19,844 bases of DNA from an uncultured bacterium (GTDB lineage: Bacteria; Lernaellota; Lernaellaia; Lernaellales; Lernaellaceae): the NCBI GenBank assembly GCA_964534375.1, contig CAZHPN010000115.1, positions 1 through 19,844 on the forward strand, given 5' to 3'. Below the pieces are notes generated by a model. That model was given only the letters and a program-made list of their open reading frames with translations, was not told the origin of the DNA and searched no databases. The position numbers and the translations under genes are program-made. This document shows, one piece after another, positions 1 through 8,081 of the stretch. The stretch's first letter is position 1, and each line of letters begins with the position of its first letter.

Positions 1-3
1 GCC

Positions 4-170
4 GCGTGAAATCTTTGCACCAGAACAAGAAACAAAGGAATAGTAGTACAGAGGACACAGAGAAAGAATTAGAGAAATGTCTGCGTTTTCGGCAGCTGCA
101 TTGAAAATGCTGGAATCTCTGTACTACTATCCGTCGATTTCTTGTTTTCGCGCAAAGAATTTATCGACGC
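4..170. repeat. Long imperfect inverted repeat (~165-nt hairpin) in AT-rich intergenic DNA
   Basis: ATAGTAGTACAGAG (40-53) is the exact reverse complement of CTCTGTACTACTAT (117-130). Other pairings: AACAAGAAA 24-32 with TTTCTTGTT 138-146, TCTTTGC 12-18 with GCAAAGA 152-158, and inner GCGTTTTC 83-90 with GAAAATGC 103-110 (one G-T pair). Confidence 0.85.
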
Positions 171-200
171 CCCTGCAATACGGAATGGGTTTTGTCGCAC

Positions 201-278
201 GGGTTCCTAGGCCGTTGGCCTGGGCTGGGTTCGTTCGCGCCGTTGGCGCTCCGGGCGCTCCCGGGTTCGTTGCCCGGC
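201..278. repeat. REP-like pair of small hairpins with GTT loops
   Basis: CCTAGGCC-GTT-GGCCTGGG (206-224) and GCGCC-GTT-GGCGC (237-249). GGGTTCGTT occurs at both 227-235 and 263-271. Confidence 0.6.
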
Positions 279-364
279 CTTCCGCAATATCTGTGTAATC
301 TAACTTTGGTTGCAGTCCGAAGGGCTGCGCTGAGAACTCTGTGCCTCTGTGGTGCGAATTCTCT

Positions 365-1039
365 TTACTTCGCCTGCGTCCAACTGGGATTTTCGCTGCG
401 GTTTTTCACGCCGTGCAGCACGAGGATGCAGGTGCTGACGTTGATCGCCGTCTCCATGCTCGGGTCTTTCTTGATGAACGAACTCAAGCCCGGCACCGTG
501 TTGGAAATGTCGGAATAGATCGAGTAAAACGCCGCGGTTTGCCGCCCGCCGTTGACCGGAAACAGTTTCCAGTTGCCGACCGATTTGCGCAGCTTGTTGC
601 CCTTGCTGGACAGGAGCGTCCAGGCGACCCCTTGATTCGGCTGGAACGTCGTGCGCAGCACGTATTCCACCGTGAAGCTGAAAATCATGAACTTGAATTT
701 GATCTCGTAGCGGACGTCTTTGAAGCTCTCGGTCGCGTTGACCACTTCGCAGGCTTCGGTGCTCGGCATGAATTTGGGATAATTGGCATAATCGACGATC
801 GTCTTGTAGACGGCTTCCGGCGGCTGATCGATCAAGATGCCGCTGGTGATCGATTGCAGGCGGCCGCCGGGGCCTTCGCGCACGACCAGCAGTTCGCCGT
901 TGGCCATGAGCCGAGCCAACGTATCCTGGCTGATCCCCGGTTCGTTCAGGATTGCGCCCGGTTCGGCGTTTTGCGCGAACGCGGCGGGCGCGCCGGCGAG
1001 CAGAAACACGCACACCAGGGCCGACAGCAGACCTTTCAT
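365..1039 (-). CDS. Secreted SRPBCC/START-like (polyketide cyclase / lipid-binding fold) protein, 224 aa
   Basis: ATG at 1039 with GGAGG upstream. Signal peptide MKGLLSALVCVFLLAGAPAAFA. SRPBCC-type pattern IDQPPEAVYKTIVDYANYPKFMP...GNWKLFP. The ORF track extension to 1336 overlaps the ATPase and is not credible. Confidence 0.8.
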   Translation of the reverse strand: MKGLLSALVCVFLLAGAPAAFAQNAEPGAILNEPGISQDTLARLMANGELLVVREGPGGRLQSITSGILIDQPPEAVYKTIVDYANYPKFMPSTEACEVVNATESFKDVRYEIKFKFMIFSFTVEYVLRTTFQPNQGVAWTLLSSKGNKLRKSVGNWKLFPVNGGRQTAAFYSIYSDISNTVPGLSSFIKKDPSMETAINVSTCILVLHGVKNRSENPSWTQAK

Positions 1040-1080
1040 CGCGATTCCTCCGTTGGTTCCGGCACGTCGATAGAGCCGCA

Positions 1081-1109
1081 ATTGTACCGATTTTTCCGCC
1101 TGAGGCCAA
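1081..1109 (-). promoter_or_regulatory. Putative sigma70-type promoter for the SRPBCC gene
   Basis: Minus strand TTGGCC-N17-TACAAT, about 40 nt upstream of the ATG at 1039. Confidence 0.4.
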
Positions 1110-1129
1110 CGGCGAATTCGACCGGGCAA

Positions 1130-1159
1130 CTGACAATCGCGCGGCCGGTCTGCTAGAAT
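1130..1159 (+). promoter_or_regulatory. Putative sigma70 promoter with extended -10 for the P-type ATPase
   Basis: CTGACA (1130-1135)-N18-TAGAAT (1154-1159), with TG at 1151-1152 (TGnTAGAAT). Confidence 0.55.
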
Positions 1160-1168
1160 TCCGGCCCG

Positions 1169-3586
1169 ATGGTCATCCACGCCGCCACGAACACGGAGCC
1201 CGCCGCCGGCGTCTGCAAGCTTTGCGGCCTGCCGACGGCCGCGGCGCGCGACGATTTCTGCTGCCTCGGCTGCCGGCATGCGCACGCGATGCTCGCCGAA
1301 TTGCTCGGCGACGACGAGGCGGCGATGCGCGATCATCCGTTGTTCCGGCTGCTGCGCGAGCGCGGCCTAGTCGCCCAGGGCGCCGCGCCGGCCGCCGTCG
1401 CCCCGGCGCCGGCGAACGAGCCGGGTCCGGGACGCGCGGTGTTTCGCGTCGACGGCATGTGGTGTCCGTCCTGCGCTTGGGTGATCGAACGCACGATCGA
1501 GCGCCTGCCCGGCGTGCAGTCGGCGAGCGCGTCGTTTGCCGCCGACCGCGTCACGGTGGAGTACGAGCCGCGGCTGATCGGGCCCGAGCGGCTCGCCGCC
1601 GCCGTCTCGGCCCTCGGGTGGCCCGCGGCCGAAATCGGCGACGCCGCGGCGCAGAAAGCCGAGTTGCGCCGCGAGTTCCTGCGCCTGATCATTTCGTGGA
1701 TTCTCGCCTGCAACGTCATGATGCTCTCGTTCGGATTGTACGCCGGGTTTTTCGTCGGCGGGCCGGGCGAGATCGCCGGGCCCGTGGGCCTGCCGTTGTT
1801 CTTGCTAAGCACGATCGTGCTGACCTACGGCGGCGCGCCGATTTTCGTGCGGGCGTGGCAGGCGGCGCGGCGGCGCGGCTTCGTCATGGAAACGCTGATC
1901 GCACTGGGTTCGCTGGCGGCGTACGGCCTGGGCGTCTTCAACTGGCGGCGCGGCGACCCGCATCAGTATTTCGACACGGCCTCGATGCTGGTCGCGCTGG
2001 TGCTGCTGGGCAAATACCTGGAGCGGCGCATCCGGGCCGGCGCGGTCGCGGGCATCGACGAAATTTACGATTTGCTGCCGCGCAAGGCCCGCCGCGAGCA
2101 GAACGGCCGCACGACGTGGGTCGCGATCGAGGCGCTGGCGCCGGGCGACGTCGTGCGCGTGCAGGGCGGCGAGGCGATTCCGGCGGACGGCCGCGTGCTC
2201 GCCGGCGAAGGCGCCGCCGACGAATCCCGGCTGACGGGCGAAAGCGCGCCGCGCGCCAAGCATCCGGGCGACGAAGCGCTCGGCGGCAGCGCGCTGGTCA
2301 CGGGCGATCTGACGCTCGCGGTGGTCGCCGCGGGTTCCGCCAGCTCGCTGGGCCGCATGGCGGCGCTCGTCGAGCAGGCGCTCGCTGCGAAGAACCCCGC
2401 CGAACGCCTGGCCGACCGCCTGATCGCCTGGTTCGTGCCAGCCATCGTCGCGCTCGCCGCGGTCACCGCGGCGCTGCTGCTGGCGCGCGGCGCGTCCCTA
2501 AACGACGCGCTGACGCGAGCCGTCACGGTGCTCGCGATCGCGTGCCCCTGCGCGCTGGGCGTTGCGGCGCCGCTCGCCAAAGCGGCCGCCGTCAGCCGCG
2601 GCCGGCGGCTCGGCCTGCTCGTGACCGACCCCGACGCGCTGGCGGCCGCGGCGGAGCTGTCGGCGCTGGTGCTCGACAAAACCGGTGTCGCCACTTGCGG
2701 CGAGTATGCGGTGCTCGGCGTCGACGCGCGCGAGGCGGACGCGGCCGAGATCCTGACGTTGGCCGCCGCCGCCGAGGGCGACGCGCCGCACCTCATCGCC
2801 CGCGCGGTGCGCGCCGCCGCCGTCGAACGCGGCCTGCCGCGCCCCGTGGCCGAGCACGTCGAAATTGCATTGGGGCAGGGCGTACGCGGCTTGGTGAACC
2901 GGCGCTGGGTGACGGTGGGCGGCGAGAACTTCCTGCACGACGCCGGTCAGCCGATTCCGGACGCTTGGCGCGCGGCCGCGTCCGCCGCGACGCGGCAGGG
3001 GGCATCGGTCGTGTTCGTCGGGTGGGACGGCGCGGCGCGGGGCATGATTCAACTGGGCGACCGACCCCGCGCGGGTCTGCGCGAGGCCGTCGCCGAACTG
3101 ACGCGCCGGGGCGTCGAGGTCCACCTCGCGTCGGGCGACGCGCCGGCGACGACGGCGCAAGTCGCCGCCGAATTGGGGATCGAGCGCTTTCAAGGCGGCT
3201 TGCTGCCGGCCGACAAAGTCGCGCTCGTACAGCGGCTGCGCGAGCAAGGCCGGCGGGTCGGCATGGTCGGCGACGGGGCCAACGACGCCGCGGCGCTCGC
3301 GGCGGCCGACGTCGGCTTCGCCACGGGCGACGCGCTGTCGGTCGCCAAGCACGCCTCCGACGTGGTGCTGCTCGCGTTCTCCGGCCCGCGGCTGCTGGAC
3401 GCGTTGCGCCTGGCGAAAACTACGGCGCGCGCGGTGCGCGTCAACCTGGCGTTGGCCTTCGTCTACAATTTAGTTGCGCTGCCGCTGGCAGTGACGGGGA
3501 TGGTCAATCCAATCGTCGCGGCGACGGCGATGCTGCTGTCGAGCCTGACCGTGGCCGCCAATTCGGCGCGGATCGCCCGCGGATGA
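1169..3586 (+). CDS. Heavy-metal (probably Cu+) translocating P1B-type ATPase, FixI/CcoI-like architecture, 805 aa
   Basis: N-terminal CxxC...FCCLGC domain, HMA motif GMWCPSC, actuator TGES, transmembrane CPC, phosphorylation site DKTG(V), MVGDGAND hinge, and YN plus MxxSS in the last two helices (P1B-1 signature). Confidence 0.93.
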   Translation: MVIHAATNTEPAAGVCKLCGLPTAAARDDFCCLGCRHAHAMLAELLGDDEAAMRDHPLFRLLRERGLVAQGAAPAAVAPAPANEPGPGRAVFRVDGMWCPSCAWVIERTIERLPGVQSASASFAADRVTVEYEPRLIGPERLAAAVSALGWPAAEIGDAAAQKAELRREFLRLIISWILACNVMMLSFGLYAGFFVGGPGEIAGPVGLPLFLLSTIVLTYGGAPIFVRAWQAARRRGFVMETLIALGSLAAYGLGVFNWRRGDPHQYFDTASMLVALVLLGKYLERRIRAGAVAGIDEIYDLLPRKARREQNGRTTWVAIEALAPGDVVRVQGGEAIPADGRVLAGEGAADESRLTGESAPRAKHPGDEALGGSALVTGDLTLAVVAAGSASSLGRMAALVEQALAAKNPAERLADRLIAWFVPAIVALAAVTAALLLARGASLNDALTRAVTVLAIACPCALGVAAPLAKAAAVSRGRRLGLLVTDPDALAAAAELSALVLDKTGVATCGEYAVLGVDAREADAAEILTLAAAAEGDAPHLIARAVRAAAVERGLPRPVAEHVEIALGQGVRGLVNRRWVTVGGENFLHDAGQPIPDAWRAAASAATRQGASVVFVGWDGAARGMIQLGDRPRAGLREAVAELTRRGVEVHLASGDAPATTAQVAAELGIERFQGGLLPADKVALVQRLREQGRRVGMVGDGANDAAALAAADVGFATGDALSVAKHASDVVLLAFSGPRLLDALRLAKTTARAVRVNLALAFVYNLVALPLAVTGMVNPIVAATAMLLSSLTVAANSARIARG

Positions 3587-3606
3587 ACCGCCGCGGCAAC
3601 ATTTTG

Positions 3607-3624
3607 ACAGGATCAACGGGATCA
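3607..3624. repeat. Two-copy 9-bp tandem repeat between convergent genes
   Basis: ACAGGATCA ACGGGATCA, about 20 nt after the ATPase stop and followed by T-rich tracts. Confidence 0.45.
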
Positions 3625-3722
3625 GTTTTTCGGAGCGCTTTTTTGCCGGCGATTTGAAGACCGGCGTGGTTTTCGAACGTTTTTTTTACAGATCAACCAC
3701 CTGGCCGTGGATTTAGCCGCCG

Positions 3723-4637
3723 TCATTCATACTGGCAGAGCGTGGCGCCCGTGCCTGTCTTGAGCGTGAGATCCGGATTCAGGCCCAAATTCCAGACGCC
3801 GAGGTCGGTGTTGAAATCGGCGAAGAGCAGGGGCGGCAGCGAGTCGCCGAAATTCGTGAACACCGGCCGGGACGGGAGCGGCAGCGAATCGTTGACATAG
3901 CTGCAGACGTAAGTCTTGAGCAATTGCGCGTAGTCGTTGACGAAATTAGGCGCCAGCGCCTGTTGCGCCCAATACGCTTGATACCAGAGGAGGTCGGCGG
4001 CGTTCGCGAGAATTTGCGCCTGATTCGCCGTGAAGTAGGCCTCGGGGGTCTGGCCGCTGGGCACGGGGTTCGGCAGCGCGGCTGACAATTCCGCCACGTA
4101 ATTGCGCAAGTTGCCGAGGTTGGTCGTGTCGACCCGCACCACGAAGTACGCCACCGCCATTTGGGCGACAACCGTTTCTTCCGTCCAGCGATCTGGAAGC
4201 GCCGTGTGATCGGCCTGGTAGTAGTCGATTGTGGCGCGGTTCAGTTCGCGGGCCAGACTGTACCAGTAGACAAAATAGCCGTAGGCCGTCTGCGCCGCGG
4301 TCTCGCCGCCAAACGTCTTCTCGAAGAATGCGGTTTCGACCGCGGGCAGCGAGTTCCAGGGCACGTAGACGATTTGGTGCGGCCCGTTCTGCCCCAGGCA
4401 GGCGTTCGCGTTGTCGTCGTCCGCCGCGTCGTCGTCGGCGCTGTCGTCATCGGCTGCGTCGTCGTCGACGGGCGCGCCGTCGTCGTCGGCCGCGCCGTCA
4501 TCGTCGGCCGCGCTGTCGTCGTCGGTCAGCCGCGTCGGGGGCGCCACTTTCGGCGTCTGGAACGCGCTGCAACTCAGCGCGGCGGCGACGGCCGCAATCA
4601 GCGACGCGATCAACCCGAACCACAAGACGCGTTTCAT
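3723..4637 (-). CDS. Hypothetical lipoprotein with Asp-rich (DDD) repeat linker, 304 aa
   Basis: ATG at 4637 with GGAAGGAG upstream. Signal MKRVLWFGLIASLIAAVAAALSC ends in a lipobox-like Cys. Seven DDD triads are followed by a globular-looking domain with no motif I recognise. Confidence 0.8.
   Translation of the reverse strand: MKRVLWFGLIASLIAAVAAALSCSAFQTPKVAPPTRLTDDDSAADDDGAADDDGAPVDDDAADDDSADDDAADDDNANACLGQNGPHQIVYVPWNSLPAVETAFFEKTFGGETAAQTAYGYFVYWYSLARELNRATIDYYQADHTALPDRWTEETVVAQMAVAYFVVRVDTTNLGNLRNYVAELSAALPNPVPSGQTPEAYFTANQAQILANAADLLWYQAYWAQQALAPNFVNDYAQLLKTYVCSYVNDSLPLPSRPVFTNFGDSLPPLLFADFNTDLGVWNLGLNPDLTLKTGTGATLCQYE
4413..4523 (-). repeat. Coding low-complexity repeat (GACGACGAC-based) encoding seven DDD triads
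   Basis: DDDSAADDDGAADDDGAPVDDDAADDDSADDDAADDD. Confidence 0.9.
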
Positions 4638-4896
4638 GGCGCCACGCTCCTTCCGACGGGATTTTCGACTCGTTCGACGATGCCTCATCGCGCCGCAAAA
4701 CTATCACCAAATTCGGCGCGGCGGAAGACGCCGTCGCCGGGCGGTCTTGTGAGCGGCCGAAATCCGCACAATAATGCGGCTTGCCGCCGGCCGAGCCGAA
4801 CGAGGAACGATCCCGGATGAAGAGGAACATTCGCATCTTTGCCGCCGGCTGGGCCCGTCGCGACCGCGTGGAAAACAGCAGCGCCGCGGATTCGGC

Positions 4897-6516
4897 GTGA
4901 CGACCGGCGACCCGAGCCGGCGCCCGTCGGCGACCGTGGTCGCCGGCGTCGCCGGCGGGCCGCCATCCCGTCTGCGGCGCCACGCGTTGTTTCTGCTGTA
5001 TCCGTTGTGCCTCGCGGCGATCTATCTCATCTGCCTTCGCCATTTCGACCGCCTCGCGATTCTCGGCGACTCGATGTACATTTTTCACGCCGCCGAGCGG
5101 CTGATCGTCGAGAAAACGGTTCCCGTGACGGGCAATGGCTTTTACGGCAAGTTGCACCTGGGGCCGTTGGCCGAGTTTCTCACCGCCCTGCCGCTGCTGT
5201 TCTCCCGGCACTTTATCATGTCCTATTATTTTCTCTGGTTTCTGTATCTCGCCTCGGCGCCCGTTTTTTATTTGGCGATGTGGCGGCATTTCGCGCGCCG
5301 GTCGGCGGCCTTCGCGGCGACGCTCTGGTTTGTCTACTGCGGCATGACCGGCGACAACATGATGCAAACGCCGTGGAACACGTCGTATCTGCCGCTTTTC
5401 CTGGCGCTCTACGCGTTGGTCCTGCTCAGCCGCCCGGAACGGTTCCGACTGCTCGTGCTGTACCTGACGATCGGCGCCTGCGCGCATTTGCACGTGATGA
5501 CCGCGTCGTTGATTCCGGCCGCGGTCGTGTTTCTCTGGGACACGGGCAAGCCCGCCGCACGCCAGGCGCTGTGGCACCTCGCCGGGGTCGCCGTCGTGTT
5601 GTTGCTGCAAGCGCCGGTTTTTCTGGAAGCCCACGTGAACGACGGCGCCATGCAGCTCGAAGCCGTGGGCTTATGGAGCGGAGCGCTGTCGCATTTTTCA
5701 CCGGCGATGTTCTGGGACGCGTTGAAAACGAATCTCGCTTTCGCGCTGCCGTTTTTCGTCGCGCTGCCCGCGTATTTGGTGGAACGTTCGGAAGCGGCGC
5801 CGGCGAAGGTCGGCGGCATTTTTCGCGTGGCCGTCGTCGTCGCCATGCAAATCCTCTGCATCGCGTTGGTGATCGGCGTCGCCCGGGCCGGCCCCGTGCC
5901 GCATTATTTTTTGCCCGAGATGCCGTTTCTATGCTTCGGCGTCGGCGCCGCGTTCGAGATCGCCGAGAAACAGCGCCGCCCGCTGAACAAGGTCGCCGGC
6001 ATGGCGTTCCCGCTGGCGGCGACCGTGCTGATTCAACTGTCGATCCTGCGCAGCATTGCCGGCACGCCGCAGGTGACCTGGAACTCGCCGAACTGGCAGT
6101 ACTCGGTCAACGCGACCGTGGCCGAAAGCCTGCACGGGTGGCTGCAGGAGAAGGGCATTCGGAAATTTGCCTCGTTGACCGATTATTGGCTGGCGTTCGC
6201 GGACGGCAAGGCGGTCTGCCGGCCGGAGCGATACGATGAGGCGCTCATCGCGGTGTTGTCGCTCGAACACCCGGAATACGACCCGATGGATCCAGCCGCG
6301 AGCGATGTGTACGCCGTCATTTTTTCCCGCTGGGACGACCCGCGAAAACAACTCTATCCCAGCGAGCCCATGTCGCAGGCCGTCCCCGCCGGCGAGTGCG
6401 ACGGGCCGCGCCTGATGAAAGGCGGCCTGCTCGGTTATTTTTGCCTGCATCGCGATGGCGGGCGCTGGCAGACCCCGTGCCCAAAGCGCGTTCGCCGATT
6501 CGACGAAAAGGAGTGA
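4897..6516 (+). CDS. Polytopic membrane protein, GT-C fold (ArnT/PMT-like glycosyltransferase) candidate
   Basis: Many hydrophobic helices, an acidic residue after TM1 (LGDSMYIF), LHLGPLAEFL, PWNTSYLPLF and HLH motifs, and a soluble C-terminal domain with four Cys. Start uncertain: I chose GTG 4897; the ORF is open from ATG 4774. Confidence 0.65.
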   Translation: MTTGDPSRRPSATVVAGVAGGPPSRLRRHALFLLYPLCLAAIYLICLRHFDRLAILGDSMYIFHAAERLIVEKTVPVTGNGFYGKLHLGPLAEFLTALPLLFSRHFIMSYYFLWFLYLASAPVFYLAMWRHFARRSAAFAATLWFVYCGMTGDNMMQTPWNTSYLPLFLALYALVLLSRPERFRLLVLYLTIGACAHLHVMTASLIPAAVVFLWDTGKPAARQALWHLAGVAVVLLLQAPVFLEAHVNDGAMQLEAVGLWSGALSHFSPAMFWDALKTNLAFALPFFVALPAYLVERSEAAPAKVGGIFRVAVVVAMQILCIALVIGVARAGPVPHYFLPEMPFLCFGVGAAFEIAEKQRRPLNKVAGMAFPLAATVLIQLSILRSIAGTPQVTWNSPNWQYSVNATVAESLHGWLQEKGIRKFASLTDYWLAFADGKAVCRPERYDEALIAVLSLEHPEYDPMDPAASDVYAVIFSRWDDPRKQLYPSEPMSQAVPAGECDGPRLMKGGLLGYFCLHRDGGRWQTPCPKRVRRFDEKE

Positions 6517-6529
6517 GGCGCGCGCGGCG

Positions 6530-6562
6530 GGCGAAGGCAGAATGGCGAATGTTGAGTGGAGT
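6530..6562. repeat. Degenerate 7-bp tandem repeat between convergent stops
   Basis: GGCGAAG GCAGAAT GGCGAAT GTTGAGT GGAGT fills most of the 49-nt gap between the GT-C gene and cysS. Confidence 0.5.
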
Positions 6563-6565
6563 GCG

Positions 6566-8038
6566 TTACTTCGCGTACCAGGTCGTGCCGGCCGGTGTGT
6601 CTTTGAGCACGATGCCGTAGGCCTCGAGTTGTTTGCGGAGTTCGTCGCCTTTCGCCCAGTCTTTGGCGGCGCGCGCGGCGTTGCGTTCGGCGATGAGTTG
6701 CTCGACGTCGGCCTGCGTCAGGCCATGCCGGACCAGAGCCTGCGCGGCGCAGCGCCGGCGGTACGACGCCGGATCGCCGATCGGGAAGCCGAGCACGTCT
6801 TGATAGATCGCGAAGGCCTTTTGCGCTTCGGTCAGCAACATCGCGCGGCCGGGTTCGTCTTTCAGCTTGCCCTTGGTCGCGATCGTGTTGATCTGCGTCA
6901 CCAGGTCGAACAAGCCGCCGAGAGCGCGCGGCGTGTTGAAATCGTCGTCCATGCCTTCGTCGAGGCTCGCGAGGGTGCGGCGGACGGCCGGCAGCAGGTC
7001 GCGTTGCGCCGGCGTCAACTTCGTTTCGTCCAGCGCGACCGGCGCCGGCAACGCCGCCAGCAGCGTTTCCCACCCCGTGTAAATGCGGTCGACCGCCTCG
7101 CGGGCTTCCTGCAAGGCGCCGTCGTAGTAATCGAGCGGGTTGCGGTAATGCACGGTCAGGAAGAAGAAGCGCAGCACGTCCGGCGGAATTTGCTGCAGCA
7201 CGTCGCGGATCGTGAAGAAGTTGCCGAGGCTCTTGGACATCTTCTCGTGGTTGATCTGCAAGAAGCCGTTGTGAATCCAATAGCGCGCAAACGGCTTGCC
7301 GTTGGCGCCTTCCGACTGCGCGATTTCGTTTTCGTGGTGCGGGAAGATCAAATCCTGCCCGCCGCCGTGGATGTCGAAGGTCTCGCCGAGGTGGAAGTTG
7401 CTCATCGCCGAGCACTCGATGTGCCAGCCGGGCCGGCCGTCGCCCCAGGGGCTGGGCCAGCGCGGTTCGCCGGGCTTGGCGGCCTTCCAGAGCGCGAAGT
7501 CGAGCGGGTCTTTTTTCTGTTCGTCGACCTCGACGCGGGCGCCGGAGCGCATTTCGTCGACGTCGCGGCGCGAGAGTTTGCCGTAGTCGGCGAACTGCCG
7601 GACGGCGTAGTAGACGTTGCCGTCGCGGCTGTACGCCAGTTTCTTGTCGGCGAGCTTTTCGACCATCGCGAGGATTTGCGGGATGTGCTCGGTCGCGCGC
7701 GGCTCGATGGTCGGCCGGCGGATGTTGAGCGCATCCATGTCGACGTAGAACTCGGCGATAAACTGCCGGGCCAACTCCGGCGGCGGGATGCCGCGTTCGT
7801 TGGCCCGGTTGATGATTTTATCGTCGACGTCGGTGAAATTGCGGGCGTAGGTGACGTCATAACCGCGGTGCAAAAGCCAGCGGAAAATGACGTCGAACAC
7901 TACCTGGCTGCGGGCGTGGCCGACGTGGCTGTGGTCGTAGACCGTCACGCCGCACACGTACATCCGCACTTTGCCCGGCGTCAGCGGCGTGAACTCTTCC
8001 TTGGCGCGGCTAAGGGTGTTGTACACCATCAGCGCCAT
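6566..8038 (-). CDS. cysS: Cysteine--tRNA ligase, 490 aa
   Basis: [14 protein letters not shown]-like [48 protein letters not shown] and DDFNTP. AAGGAG ribosome-binding site upstream. Confidence 0.99.
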   Translation of the reverse strand: MALMVYNTLSRAKEEFTPLTPGKVRMYVCGVTVYDHSHVGHARSQVVFDVIFRWLLHRGYDVTYARNFTDVDDKIINRANERGIPPPELARQFIAEFYVDMDALNIRRPTIEPRATEHIPQILAMVEKLADKKLAYSRDGNVYYAVRQFADYGKLSRRDVDEMRSGARVEVDEQKKDPLDFALWKAAKPGEPRWPSPWGDGRPGWHIECSAMSNFHLGETFDIHGGGQDLIFPHHENEIAQSEGANGKPFARYWIHNGFLQINHEKMSKSLGNFFTIRDVLQQIPPDVLRFFFLTVHYRNPLDYYDGALQEAREAVDRIYTGWETLLAALPAPVALDETKLTPAQRDLLPAVRRTLASLDEGMDDDFNTPRALGGLFDLVTQINTIATKGKLKDEPGRAMLLTEAQKAFAIYQDVLGFPIGDPASYRRRCAAQALVRHGLTQADVEQLIAERNAARAAKDWAKGDELRKQLEAYGIVLKDTPAGTTWYAK

Positions 8039-8081
8039 GGCTCCGCTCCTTCCGCCGCTCGGCCGCGAGGGCCGACCGCTG

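Noticed and set aside
77..518. Small ORFs 77-298 and 192-518
   Set aside because: They run through palindromic repeat DNA or antisense to the SRPBCC gene and have no recognisable motif.
952..3657. 901-aa Arg-rich ORF and other long overlapping ORFs (6455-8110, 9171-10580, 13451-15433, 15556-16815, 16834-18195)
   Set aside because: Shadow frames of high-GC genes: Arg/Ala/Gly-rich or antisense in register with genes that have clear family motifs.
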